The notes beneath the pieces were generated by a model. The model had not been told where the DNA came from. It did no database searches and saw nothing but the letters and a program-made list of their open reading frames with translations. Both the position numbers and the translations under genes were made by a program. A stretch of DNA of 64,000 nucleotides, from contig JBDTZG010000018.1 of assembly GCA_040005235.1 (NCBI GenBank), positions 32,777 through 96,776 on the forward strand. Direction: 5' to 3'. Of the stretch, positions 46,037 to 54,685 are shown one piece after another. The DNA comes from Acidobacteriota bacterium (GTDB taxonomy: Bacteria > Acidobacteriota > Thermoanaerobaculia > Multivoradales > UBA5704). Position 1 is the stretch's first letter. Each line of letters opens with the position of its first letter.

Positions 46037-47863
46037 TCAACAGCTCAGGGTTCCCAAAATCCCATCGATCGTTCCCTGCGAAAGCGAGTGGTACCTCGGC
46101 CGGGCCGTCTCGTAGATCCGGCGCCCTTGGGCTAAACCCTCGGGGGTTTTCGCCAGCTCGGTGTATAACGGCTTCAGGAACTTCCTCCGGCCCACCGTCA
46201 TCAGAAACCGCTCCAGCGCCCCCTCCGCCGCCGTGTATTTCACTTCGATCGCGCGGAGCAGCCAGGCGGCGAGGATTTCGGCGTTGGTGCTTTCGGTGAG
46301 GTGGAATTGGGAATCGAGTGCCGCGAGCTTTTCGAGGTCGAGCGGGGCGGCGAGGTTGCGGATGAAGTGGAGCCACTCGTGGGTGCTCCAGCCTTGGGTG
46401 GCGAGATCGGCGGGGGCGGTTCTGGTTCGCCAGGCTTCGATTTGGGCGGCGACTCTTTGGAAGGCGTCGGAGTGGGGTTGGGGCCGGTTTTCGGGGACGC
46501 CGGGATGGAAAACCCAGGTGTCGATTTCCAGTTTCTTTTCGAGATCCGGATCGTCGCCGATCAGGCGTTCGCGCAGGTCGGCGAGGCAGGTCGCGGTATC
46601 GACGGAGTGGAAAGCGTGGCGGTCGAAATAGCTGGTGACGAAGGCGTCCCAGCGCGCGCGGCCGACGTTTTCTTCGATCCAGCGCAGCAGTAGCGCGCCT
46701 TTTTCGTAGGCGATATCGGTCATGCCATCGTCCGGATCGCGGCCGGCGAGGTTGAGCCGGAGGCAGGTGTCCGGGCTTTCCGGTCCGCCGAGCAGCGCGA
46801 TCGTTTCGGCGAGATCCTGCATCGCGAGCACCTGCTCCATCTCCTCGAAGTCTCGACCGTAGACCTCTTCCATGATCCGGCGCTCGAAGTAGGTCGTGAA
46901 CCCTTCGTTCAGCCAAAAATCGTCCCAAGAGGCGTTGGTCACCAGGTTGCCCGACCAGGAATGGGCCAGCTCGTGGGCGACCAGCGAGACGAGCGAACGG
47001 TCGCCCGCGAGGATGGTCGGCGTTGCGAACGTGAGGCGGGGATTTTCCATCCCGCCGAACGGGTAGCTGGCGGGGAGGATCAGCAGGTCGTAGCGCCCCC
47101 AGCGGTAAGGGCCGTACAGCTTCTCGGCGGCGGCGATCATGCGCGGCGTGTCTACCAATTCCCAGTGCGCTTTTTCGATCACCGAGGGGAGCGCATAAAC
47201 GCCGCTGAGCGAATCAAACGACCGGAACGCCAGATCGCCGACCGACAGCGCGAGCAGGTAGGAGGGGATCGCCTGCGGCATGCGAAACGTGTAGGTGCCG
47301 GTTTCGGAAAGCGCCTGCGGGTTCTCGGCGCTCATCAGGGCGAGCAGGTCGGCGGGCACGCGAATCGTCGCGTCGTACGTCATTCGGACGCCAGGCGAGT
47401 CCTGGCAGGGGACCCAGGTGCGCGCGAGGATCGCCTGGCTCTGGGTGAACAGGAACGGCCGGGAGCTGCCGGCCTGCGCCGGATCGAGCCACTGGAGCGC
47501 CGCGGCTTCCGGCCGGGTCGAATATTCGATGCGCACCGCCGTCGTGTCCGGAGCGACCTCGATCGTAAGCGGCCTGCCGAGGTACGGCTGATCGTCCCCG
47601 AGCTTCACGCTGGCCTCGGCTCCTCCGGGCTGGAGCGTGACTCGATGGATGTCCAGATCGCGCGTGTCGAGCCAGAGGGCTGAAGCTTCCTGGTGGCGAG
47701 CCTTCCGAGCGAGCCGGAGGGTGGCCGAGCCGGCGAGTGTCTTCGCCTCGAAATCGACGGTCAGATCGAGACTCAGGTGATCGACTGCGATCTCGTCGGG
47801 ACGACCGCAGGAATGGAGGTCGCGGAGCGGTGCGGCGGCGGTCATTGGGGCGGTCATGGGCAT
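46037..47863 (-). CDS. M1 family aminopeptidase (leukotriene A4 hydrolase-like)
   Basis: GGMEN, HELAHSW...WLNEG, AYEKG and C-terminal VGRRKF. Confidence 0.93.
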   Translation of the reverse strand: MPMTAPMTAAAPLRDLHSCGRPDEIAVDHLSLDLTVDFEAKTLAGSATLRLARKARHQEASALWLDTRDLDIHRVTLQPGGAEASVKLGDDQPYLGRPLTIEVAPDTTAVRIEYSTRPEAAALQWLDPAQAGSSRPFLFTQSQAILARTWVPCQDSPGVRMTYDATIRVPADLLALMSAENPQALSETGTYTFRMPQAIPSYLLALSVGDLAFRSFDSLSGVYALPSVIEKAHWELVDTPRMIAAAEKLYGPYRWGRYDLLILPASYPFGGMENPRLTFATPTILAGDRSLVSLVAHELAHSWSGNLVTNASWDDFWLNEGFTTYFERRIMEEVYGRDFEEMEQVLAMQDLAETIALLGGPESPDTCLRLNLAGRDPDDGMTDIAYEKGALLLRWIEENVGRARWDAFVTSYFDRHAFHSVDTATCLADLRERLIGDDPDLEKKLEIDTWVFHPGVPENRPQPHSDAFQRVAAQIEAWRTRTAPADLATQGWSTHEWLHFIRNLAAPLDLEKLAALDSQFHLTESTNAEILAAWLLRAIEVKYTAAEGALERFLMTVGRRKFLKPLYTELAKTPEGLAQGRRIYETARPRYHSLSQGTIDGILGTLSC

Positions 47864-47896
47864 TCTCCTCGCGGCGAGAAGGAGGGTTGAGCGGAC

Positions 47897-48907
47897 CTAA
47901 CCCGGCCAGATCGAAGCGGCGATCTCCGCCAGCTCGTGCGCGTCGGGCGCGGGGACGGGCGGCTCCCCGGCGTCGAGCGCACGCTCCAGCCGGGCGATGA
48001 TTTTGAACAGCTCGGGGCGGCTGACTTTGGCCCCAGGCCCTTTTTCCTCCAGCCGATCCAGCGAGGCGAGCGCGAGCCGGGCGGGTAGGGCGTTGAAGGC
48101 GACGATGCCGCGAACGGCGCCCGCGAGCTGGATCGTCCGGACGTATTCGCCCGCCAGGCCGAGATCGCGGCGGGCGAGCGCGAACACCTCCTCGCGCGGC
48201 ACGTCGGGCGGCAGGTAGGTTCGCCCCTCGACCGCATCGCCCGCGGCGTCCTTCAAAATATTGACCAGTTGCAGCCCCTCGCCGAAATCGCGCGAGCGGA
48301 CGCGCAGCTCCTCGGCCACCGATTGCAGCTCCGGCCGGTCGAGCAGCAGTAGTTCGGTGAGCAGCTCGCCGACAATTCCCGCGACTACGTAGCAGTAGTG
48401 GCGCAGGTCGGTGAGGTCGACCAGAACCAGCTCGCCCCGGTCGGTCATCCGGTCGACGAAATCGGCCATGCCGAGCACCGTGCGCAGCGTAGAGGCCCGC
48501 ACCAGCTCGCTGGCTCGGGCGCCCAGCGCATACGCGGCTTCCAGCACGGCGGGCATTCGGACCATCAGCTCGCGGTAGCCCGGCTGCGCGCAGGGGACCG
48601 TCTCGCTCCAGAGCGCGGCGAGCCTTTCGGCCTCGGCCGGCGCGGGCGTTGCGAGCAGATGGCCGAACTGTTCGAGCGCCTCGCGGCGTTTCTCGCGCGG
48701 CCAGGTCGCGGCGTCCTCGAACGTGTCGGCGATGCGGAACAAAAGGTAGGCGAGCGTCACCTCGCGCCGCGTCGGTTCGGGCAGGTGTGGAATCGACAGC
48801 GCGAACGTCCGGCTGGTCTTGCCGAGAAGATCCTCGAAATCGGTTTCGGCATCGAGGGCCGGATCGACGATTGGATCCACGGCCGGGCTCGCGGGTTCGG
48901 TGGACAT
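47897..48907 (-). CDS. Squalene/phytoene synthase family protein (squalene synthase-like)
   Basis: TSRTFALSI, YLLFRIADTFED, YCYVVAGIVGELLT and FGEGLQLVNILKD. Confidence 0.88.
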   Translation of the reverse strand: MSTEPASPAVDPIVDPALDAETDFEDLLGKTSRTFALSIPHLPEPTRREVTLAYLLFRIADTFEDAATWPREKRREALEQFGHLLATPAPAEAERLAALWSETVPCAQPGYRELMVRMPAVLEAAYALGARASELVRASTLRTVLGMADFVDRMTDRGELVLVDLTDLRHYCYVVAGIVGELLTELLLLDRPELQSVAEELRVRSRDFGEGLQLVNILKDAAGDAVEGRTYLPPDVPREEVFALARRDLGLAGEYVRTIQLAGAVRGIVAFNALPARLALASLDRLEEKGPGAKVSRPELFKIIARLERALDAGEPPVPAPDAHELAEIAASIWPG

Positions 48908-48939
48908 TTCCGGGAGGATAGCAGGCCGGACCGCGCGGT

Positions 48940-49728
48940 TTAGCCGATTCTCGTACCTGGCAAATCTTCGCCACGGATCGCGGCGGCCAGCCGGCCCGCC
49001 GCGCGCCCATCGAGGATCGTCGAAGGAATGCCGCGCCGGGCAAGCGCCAGGCATGTTTCAAGTCGCAGGCGCATTCCGCCGGTGACGTCCGTGCCGCGCG
49101 CCGCGCCGATCGCCGCGTCTTCGAGCTTCGAGAGCCGGGGGATCGTCGTACCCGCCGCGTCGTACACCCCGTCGGTCTCGCCGAGCCAGAGCGCGCGGGA
49201 GATCTCGATTCCGAGCGCGGGCAGGCCGCGCGCGATTTCAGAGAGCACCGCCTCGGTCGAAGCGATCGAAGCGCCCCAGGTCCGATCGAGCACGACATCG
49301 CCGTAAACCACCGGCAGCAGGCCGAGCCGCAGAGCGTGTGCGAGGGGGCCGAGAAAGCAATCGACCGGGGCGCCGCCCTCGGCCAGCAGAAAACTAGAAG
49401 GCGCGAGCGAAAACGGCGCGAGCCCCGCGGCGCGGAGCGCCTCGACCACAAGAGAGTGGAGCGCCGCGGCCCGCTCCTGCGTGCGGCTCGCGCCCGCGAG
49501 GTTTCGGGGATCGAGAGGACCTTTCCCGAGACCCGCCGCCGCAGCGGCCACGTGACCAAACGAACCGCTGCCGTGCCCGAGCACGATCCGCTCGCCGTTC
49601 GCCTCCGCCGCCTCCCGCGCCGCCGCGATCTCTCGCGCCAGCCGTTCGATCCGCTCCGGATGCGCCTTCTCGGGGGTTTCCTTGTCGGTCAGCAAGCTGC
49701 CGCCGAGCTTGATCAGGAGGGCGCGCAT
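48940..49728 (-). CDS. ipk: Isopentenyl phosphate kinase (amino-acid-kinase fold)
   Basis: IKLGGSLLTDK, HGSGSFGH (IPK-type His), PVVYGD and DVTGGM; mevalonate operon context. Confidence 0.88.
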   Translation of the reverse strand: MRALLIKLGGSLLTDKETPEKAHPERIERLAREIAAAREAAEANGERIVLGHGSGSFGHVAAAAAGLGKGPLDPRNLAGASRTQERAAALHSLVVEALRAAGLAPFSLAPSSFLLAEGGAPVDCFLGPLAHALRLGLLPVVYGDVVLDRTWGASIASTEAVLSEIARGLPALGIEISRALWLGETDGVYDAAGTTIPRLSKLEDAAIGAARGTDVTGGMRLRLETCLALARRGIPSTILDGRAAGRLAAAIRGEDLPGTRIG

Positions 49729-49764
49729 GGTTGGGGATTCTATTTGAACCCATCGCCGCAGGGC

Positions 49765-50108
49765 GTAGAGACGCTCCAGTACCCAACCACGACAGAACCG
49801 GGTGCTGGCCGTCGGGGCGTCTCCTCGCGCGAAAACGCATCATCCATCGCCCACGGTCGGCAACGCGCGAAGGGTGCCTGCATGTGGGGTTGCGCGCACG
49901 ACGACAACCGCCTCGGATTGCGGGGGTACCGGATAGGTTCTTCCGGCCGATTTCACGCTGACCCGGTTCGGTCACGCCGCTGCGGGTGGCGCCGGGTAGT
50001 TGCGTCCGGGCGGTTCCACGCTGACCGGTTCGGTCGCGCCGCTATCGGAGACGCCCCGACGGGCTGGCACCCGGTTCTGTCGTGGTTGGGTACTGGGGGC
50101 GTCTCTAC
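49765..50108. mobile_element. Non-autonomous REPIN/MITE-like element with about 60-bp terminal inverted repeats starting GTAG
   Basis: 49765-49824 (GTAGAGACGCTCCAGTACCCAACCACGACAGAACCGGGTGC...GGGGCGTCTCC) is the near-perfect reverse complement of 50047-50108. Confidence 0.75.
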
Positions 50109-50123
50109 ATTCTTGAGGTGAGG

Positions 50124-51128
50124 TCAGATCAAATGCTCCGTCAACCGCTCCGGCCCGTCGCCTACGGCGTCGCGGATGACGAAACCTACGCTGGGAAGGC
50201 TTTCCAGGCGGTCGACGAGGTCGGCTTCGGATTCAGGCTCGCAGATGACGTGGACGTTCGCTCCAGCGTCCATGGTGGACCAGACGGCGAGGCCTTCTTG
50301 GCGCAGCTCGCGGACGGCGCGGAGGACTTCGATCGAGCCGGGGCTCCAGTAATGGATGGCGGGGCGGGATGACATGGCGACGAGGTGGAGGTCAATCGCC
50401 TCTTCTTCGATCGTGGCGCCAAGGAGGGCGAAATCGCGGTCGGCGATCGCGCTGCGCACTCGGTTCAGCCGGTCGGGGATCAGCTCCTGGCGGCGGGTGT
50501 AGTAAGGCGAGGTCTGGGCTAGCGCGTGACCGTCGCGGGAGGAGACCGATTTTGGACCGATCTCGACCACCGCGATGATGTCGCGAAGATCCCAATGCTC
50601 GGCCGCGGCGAGCGGGCGGGCGAAAGAATCCTCGTCCTGGGTGCCCGACCATTCGACGTAACCGCCGAGCACCGAGCGGCAGGCCGAGCCCGAGCCGCTC
50701 CTCCGGGCGAGGAGCGACGCTTCGCGCGGCGAAAGGCCGCGGCCGAGAGCGCTCGAAGCCGCGAGCGTCAAGGCGGAAAAACCGGAGGCGGACGAGGCGA
50801 GGCCAGCCGCGCTGGGAAAGTTGTTGCGCGTTGCGATGCGAAGCCGGCCGGCGCCCGGCGGGACGCCCAGCTCGCCGCGCAGGCGATCGAGATGGCGGAG
50901 GATCGGTCCGGCAAAATCCGCTTTCGGCGCGATGAAGCCACCGTCGGGTTCGGTCAGCCAGATCTCGTCCTCCGCCGCTTCGATCGGCTCTGCGGTGCAG
51001 GTGGAGACGCAGCGGCTCAGAGTCATCGAGATCGAAGGGTTCTTCGGCAGGCAGAGCGCGGCGTCGCTCACGCCCCAGTACTTGATGAAGGCGATATTGG
51101 CGGGCGCTTCGAACGTGGCTTTGCTCAT
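50124..51128 (-). CDS. mvaD: Diphosphomevalonate/phosphomevalonate decarboxylase family
   Basis: ANIAFIKYWG, NNFPSAAGLASSASG, SGSGSACRS and TMDAGANVH. Confidence 0.9.
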   Translation of the reverse strand: MSKATFEAPANIAFIKYWGVSDAALCLPKNPSISMTLSRCVSTCTAEPIEAAEDEIWLTEPDGGFIAPKADFAGPILRHLDRLRGELGVPPGAGRLRIATRNNFPSAAGLASSASGFSALTLAASSALGRGLSPREASLLARRSGSGSACRSVLGGYVEWSGTQDEDSFARPLAAAEHWDLRDIIAVVEIGPKSVSSRDGHALAQTSPYYTRRQELIPDRLNRVRSAIADRDFALLGATIEEEAIDLHLVAMSSRPAIHYWSPGSIEVLRAVRELRQEGLAVWSTMDAGANVHVICEPESEADLVDRLESLPSVGFVIRDAVGDGPERLTEHLI

Positions 51129-52222
51129 CCAGGCTCCTCGGATTCTTCGATTCGCAAACCTTGCGCCCCGAGCGCGACCTCGCGTCGGGTATACCCTTCT
51201 AAAATCGCCTGCGCATCGCCATCCTCGGGCATCACCACCAGGAGCGAGCCCGCGGATTCGCCGCTCGCCGCGCCGGCGCCCGAGATCTTCGCCGCACCGC
51301 CCGCCTCTTCGATCGCCCGCACCCGCCGTGCTACCGTTTCCGGCACCGCGCCCATCGAGTCGAGACAGGCCTCCGCCTCGCGGATGGGGTCGATCAGGTT
51401 ACGGCGGCTGCCGCTGGGAGTTTCGAGCTCGGTTCGAAACGCGCGCGTCGCCCGCTCGAAACGATCGAGTGTCTCGTCGAAGCGGCGAGGATCGCGGTCG
51501 CGCACGCGGCGCACCGCGGCGACCACCTCGCCGGTCGACTCGCGCGGCCTGCCGGTATCGTAGACCGCGATTTCGGAGAGGAGAGGCGAAGCGGAATCGA
51601 GGGTGGTGAAGCTCAGGCGGTCGGGGTGCTCCGTCGTCCGCTCCGCCCAGACCAGGCCGCCGCGGACGACGGTTTCGGTGTCGATGCCGGAAGGCCGGCC
51701 ATGCTGGCACCGTTCGACGTCGAGCGCCGCGGCGAGCAGAGCGTCGCGGCCTGTCGTGGCGCTGCCCATCGCCGCTTCGAACGCCGCGAGAACGCCCACC
51801 GCGGCGGCGGCCGAGCTGCCGAACCCGCTGCCCACGGGCAAGTTCGAACGAACGTCGATTTCGATGCCCGGCAGCTCTCGCGGCGAGAGGCCGGCGCGGG
51901 ATAGGGCCGCGCCGAGAGCGACTTTCACCAGGTGGGCGGCTTCCGTGCCGCGCACGGCCGAAAAATCGGTCGCGGGTTCGGTGTCGAAGCGGCTCCAGGC
52001 GGCGAAGGCCCGCGACGCGTGCTCGGCGATCTCGGTCCAGGTGGTCTGCTCGGTATGAGCGATGCCGGGTAGCGAAAGCGAAACCCCACTTGCGCCGATG
52101 GGAACCACCGTGACGCTCAGGCGTTTGTCGATCGCCGCCGCGAGCGCCGGTCGTCCGTAGACGACCGCGTGCTCGCCGATCAGAATCAGCTTGCCGGGAA
52201 CGGAGACGCGGACAGGGCGCAC
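51125..52222 (-). CDS. mvk: Mevalonate kinase (GHMP family); start approximate
   Basis: PGKLILIGEHAVVYG, PVGSGFGSSAA, HGRPSGID and KISGAG. Confidence 0.9.
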   Translation of the reverse strand: MRPVRVSVPGKLILIGEHAVVYGRPALAAAIDKRLSVTVVPIGASGVSLSLPGIAHTEQTTWTEIAEHASRAFAAWSRFDTEPATDFSAVRGTEAAHLVKVALGAALSRAGLSPRELPGIEIDVRSNLPVGSGFGSSAAAAVGVLAAFEAAMGSATTGRDALLAAALDVERCQHGRPSGIDTETVVRGGLVWAERTTEHPDRLSFTTLDSASPLLSEIAVYDTGRPRESTGEVVAAVRRVRDRDPRRFDETLDRFERATRAFRTELETPSGSRRNLIDPIREAEACLDSMGAVPETVARRVRAIEEAGGAAKISGAGAASGESAGSLLVVMPEDGDAQAILEGYTRREVALGAQGLRIEESEEPG

Positions 52223-52242
52223 GAAGCTCGGAGGGCCGAGCG

Positions 52243-53532
52243 TTAGTCGAACGAGAGAGCCGGCCGCTCGACGCCGCGTCCGAGCTTTTCGTGGGCGCGC
52301 GCCAGGTCCTGCGAGGTGAAGGCCGCCATCAACGACAGCTCGCCCGCGAGCACCGCGGCGCCGAGGATCTCGGCCAGCCGCATCGCGGCGACGCCCGGGC
52401 GCTCCGGATCGGGGGTGACGCCGAGGATCGCGAGCGCTTCGCTCTGAGTCTGAAGGCCGGTGCCGCCGCCGATCGCGCCGATCGGCACGTCGGGCAGGAA
52501 CACCGAGGCGAACACCGAGTCCTCGCCGCGCGGCTCGATGCAGGTGACGCCGAGCGACCCTTCGACCACGTGGGCGGGATCCTGGCCCGTGGCGATGAAG
52601 AAGGCGGCGAGGACATTGGCGAAATGGGCGTTGTAGCCCTTGGAGCCCGACGCGATCGAGCCGAGCAGGTTCTTCCTGTATTGCACCTCGACGAGCGCCT
52701 TGGCGTTGGTCTTGAGCACGTCCTGCAGCACCTGGGGACCCAGCACCACCTCGGCGTAAATGCGTTTGCCGCGCCCCTCCTGAAAGTTCAAGTCGGCGGC
52801 TTTCTTGTCGACGCAGTAGTTGCCGGAGAGGCCGATGCACGGCACGCCGGTCGCCGGCTCGATCAGGTCCGAGACCACCCGGTCGCAGGCGATGGTCGCC
52901 ATGTTCATGCCCATGGCGTCGCCCGCGTCGAAGCGGAAGCGGAGAAACACGGTGGTGCCGAACGCAAACGTCCGCACGTCGACCAGCCGCAGGTGGTGGC
53001 TGGTCTTTTCGGTGACCGCCTTCAAGTCGTCGAAGTGGTCTTTGATCCAGGCGAGAAAGCGCTGGGTCTGTTCGATGCCTGAAGTTCGGAAGACCGGCGC
53101 GCGGGTCATGCCGACGTCTTCGACTCTGACCACCGCGCCGCCCGCTTCGCGGATCGCCGTGCAGCCGCGGTTGGTGCTCGCGACCAGGGCCGCCTCGGTG
53201 GTGGCGAGCGGAACGTAGAACTCCCCCTCGGCGTAGAGGCCGCGCACGGACAGCGGACCGACCACGCCCATCGGGATCTGGGCGACGCCGATGAAGTTTT
53301 CGCAGTGGCGCTTGCTCGCGCGCTGCACGTCGAGAGAATGGTGCGCGATGTGGTGCAGCTCCGTCCGGGTGAGCCGTTCGATCGCCTCCCGGCGGATGTC
53401 GCTCGCCTCCTCGGCGGAGAGATCCCTCGGCAGCTGGTGGAAGTGCAGCTCGCGGGAGGCCAGCGCGCGGACGAGATCGTCGTGGCGCGAGCGGAGAGGA
53501 GCGAGGGGGGTGATGGAGCTGATCATGGTCAT
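52243..53532 (-). CDS. hmgA: Hydroxymethylglutaryl-CoA reductase, NADPH-dependent class I
   Basis: CENFIG, PLATTE, GDAMGMNM, SGNYCVDKK, TGQDPAH, GGGT and LAGELSL...H. Confidence 0.95.
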   Translation of the reverse strand: MTMISSITPLAPLRSRHDDLVRALASRELHFHQLPRDLSAEEASDIRREAIERLTRTELHHIAHHSLDVQRASKRHCENFIGVAQIPMGVVGPLSVRGLYAEGEFYVPLATTEAALVASTNRGCTAIREAGGAVVRVEDVGMTRAPVFRTSGIEQTQRFLAWIKDHFDDLKAVTEKTSHHLRLVDVRTFAFGTTVFLRFRFDAGDAMGMNMATIACDRVVSDLIEPATGVPCIGLSGNYCVDKKAADLNFQEGRGKRIYAEVVLGPQVLQDVLKTNAKALVEVQYRKNLLGSIASGSKGYNAHFANVLAAFFIATGQDPAHVVEGSLGVTCIEPRGEDSVFASVFLPDVPIGAIGGGTGLQTQSEALAILGVTPDPERPGVAAMRLAEILGAAVLAGELSLMAAFTSQDLARAHEKLGRGVERPALSFD

Positions 53533-53544
53533 CGCCTTATCGGA

Positions 53545-53579
53545 AATCCAGAATCGAGAATCTAGAACCCGGAATCCAG
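53545..53579. repeat. Five tandem 7-bp repeats
   Basis: aatccag aatcgag aatctag aacccgg aatccag between fni and hmgA. Confidence 0.7.
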
Positions 53580-53602
53580 AGTGCATCTTCCCGGAGGGAC
53601 AT

Positions 53603-54685
53603 TCAGCCCCCGTTCCTTCGTTCCAACCGCACCCGGGCCAAATCCGCGGGTGTTCTCGCGCCCAGGCAGAGCATCGCGATTTTTAGCTCGCGAATCGTCC
53701 GTTCGATCCGCTCGATCACCCGCTCCGGCGACTCGGTCGCCGCCGCGAGGAAACGATAGGCCATGCCGGCCAACCGCGCCCCGAGCGCAAGCGCCTTGGC
53801 GACGTCCAGGCCGTGGCGGATGCCGCCGCTGCCGAGAATCGTCAAACCGCCGATCCGCGCGAGCGCCGCGATCGACTCGGGAGTCCGCACGCCCCAATCG
53901 GCGAACAGCTCGCCCAAATCGAGGTCGCTCGCCCGCGCCGCCTCGATCCGCGCCCAACTGGTACCGCCCACTCCAGCGGTGTCGAGGATCGTAAAGCCGC
54001 GCGAGGAAAGCGCCCAGCCGGTCGCTTCGGAGAGGCCGGAGCCGACCTCCTTGACGATTACGGGCACCTCGATCTTTTGCGCCACCGCGGCCATCCGGTC
54101 GAGCAGGCCGGCGAAGTTTCGCTGCCCCTCGGGCTGAATCGCCTCTTGGAGCGGGTTCAGGTGAAAGACCAGGGCGTCGGCCCCGATCATCTCCACCGCC
54201 CGCCGGCACTCGTCGAGCCCGATCCCGTAGTTCAGCTGGACGGCGCCCAGATTCGCCAACAGGGGGACCGACGGTGCCAGATCGCGAACGCGGAAACTAT
54301 CAGCTTTGCTCGGGTCCTCCAACGCCTTGCGCTGGGAGCCGAGGCCGATCGCCACGCCGGTCGCTTCGGCGGCGATGGCCAGATTGCGGTTGATCCGCGC
54401 GGCGATTTCGGTGCCGCCGGTCATCGAGGAGATCAAGAGCGGAGCCTTGAGCGTCCGGCCGAGAAACTCGGTCGAAAGGTCGATCGCGTCGAAATCGAGC
54501 TCGGGCAGCGCCTCGTGACCGAACCGGTAGTCGTCGAACGCGCTCGCCTCGACCTGCATCCGGGTTTCCAGAGCGAGCCGGATGTGCTCGGCCTTGCGGT
54601 CGCGCAGCTCCGGATCGAGGAGAGCCGGGGGATCTTGGGGGTCGATGGTCGCCTCGGCCGTCTCCGCCGTTTCGAGCGCGCTCAT
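53603..54685 (-). CDS. fni: Type 2 (FMN-dependent) isopentenyl-diphosphate isomerase
   Basis: RKAEHI, SSMTGG, GSQR, HLNPLQE..QPEG, VKEVG, GGTSW and SGGIR. Confidence 0.95.
   Translation of the reverse strand: MSALETAETAEATIDPQDPPALLDPELRDRKAEHIRLALETRMQVEASAFDDYRFGHEALPELDFDAIDLSTEFLGRTLKAPLLISSMTGGTEIAARINRNLAIAAEATGVAIGLGSQRKALEDPSKADSFRVRDLAPSVPLLANLGAVQLNYGIGLDECRRAVEMIGADALVFHLNPLQEAIQPEGQRNFAGLLDRMAAVAQKIEVPVIVKEVGSGLSEATGWALSSRGFTILDTAGVGGTSWARIEAARASDLDLGELFADWGVRTPESIAALARIGGLTILGSGGIRHGLDVAKALALGARLAGMAYRFLAAATESPERVIERIERTIRELKIAMLCLGARTPADLARVRLERRNGG

Noticed and set aside
51125-52840. 571-aa mevalonate kinase or an MVK-PMK fusion
   Set aside because: The N-terminal extension is an alternate frame of hmgA; only one GHMP kinase domain is present.
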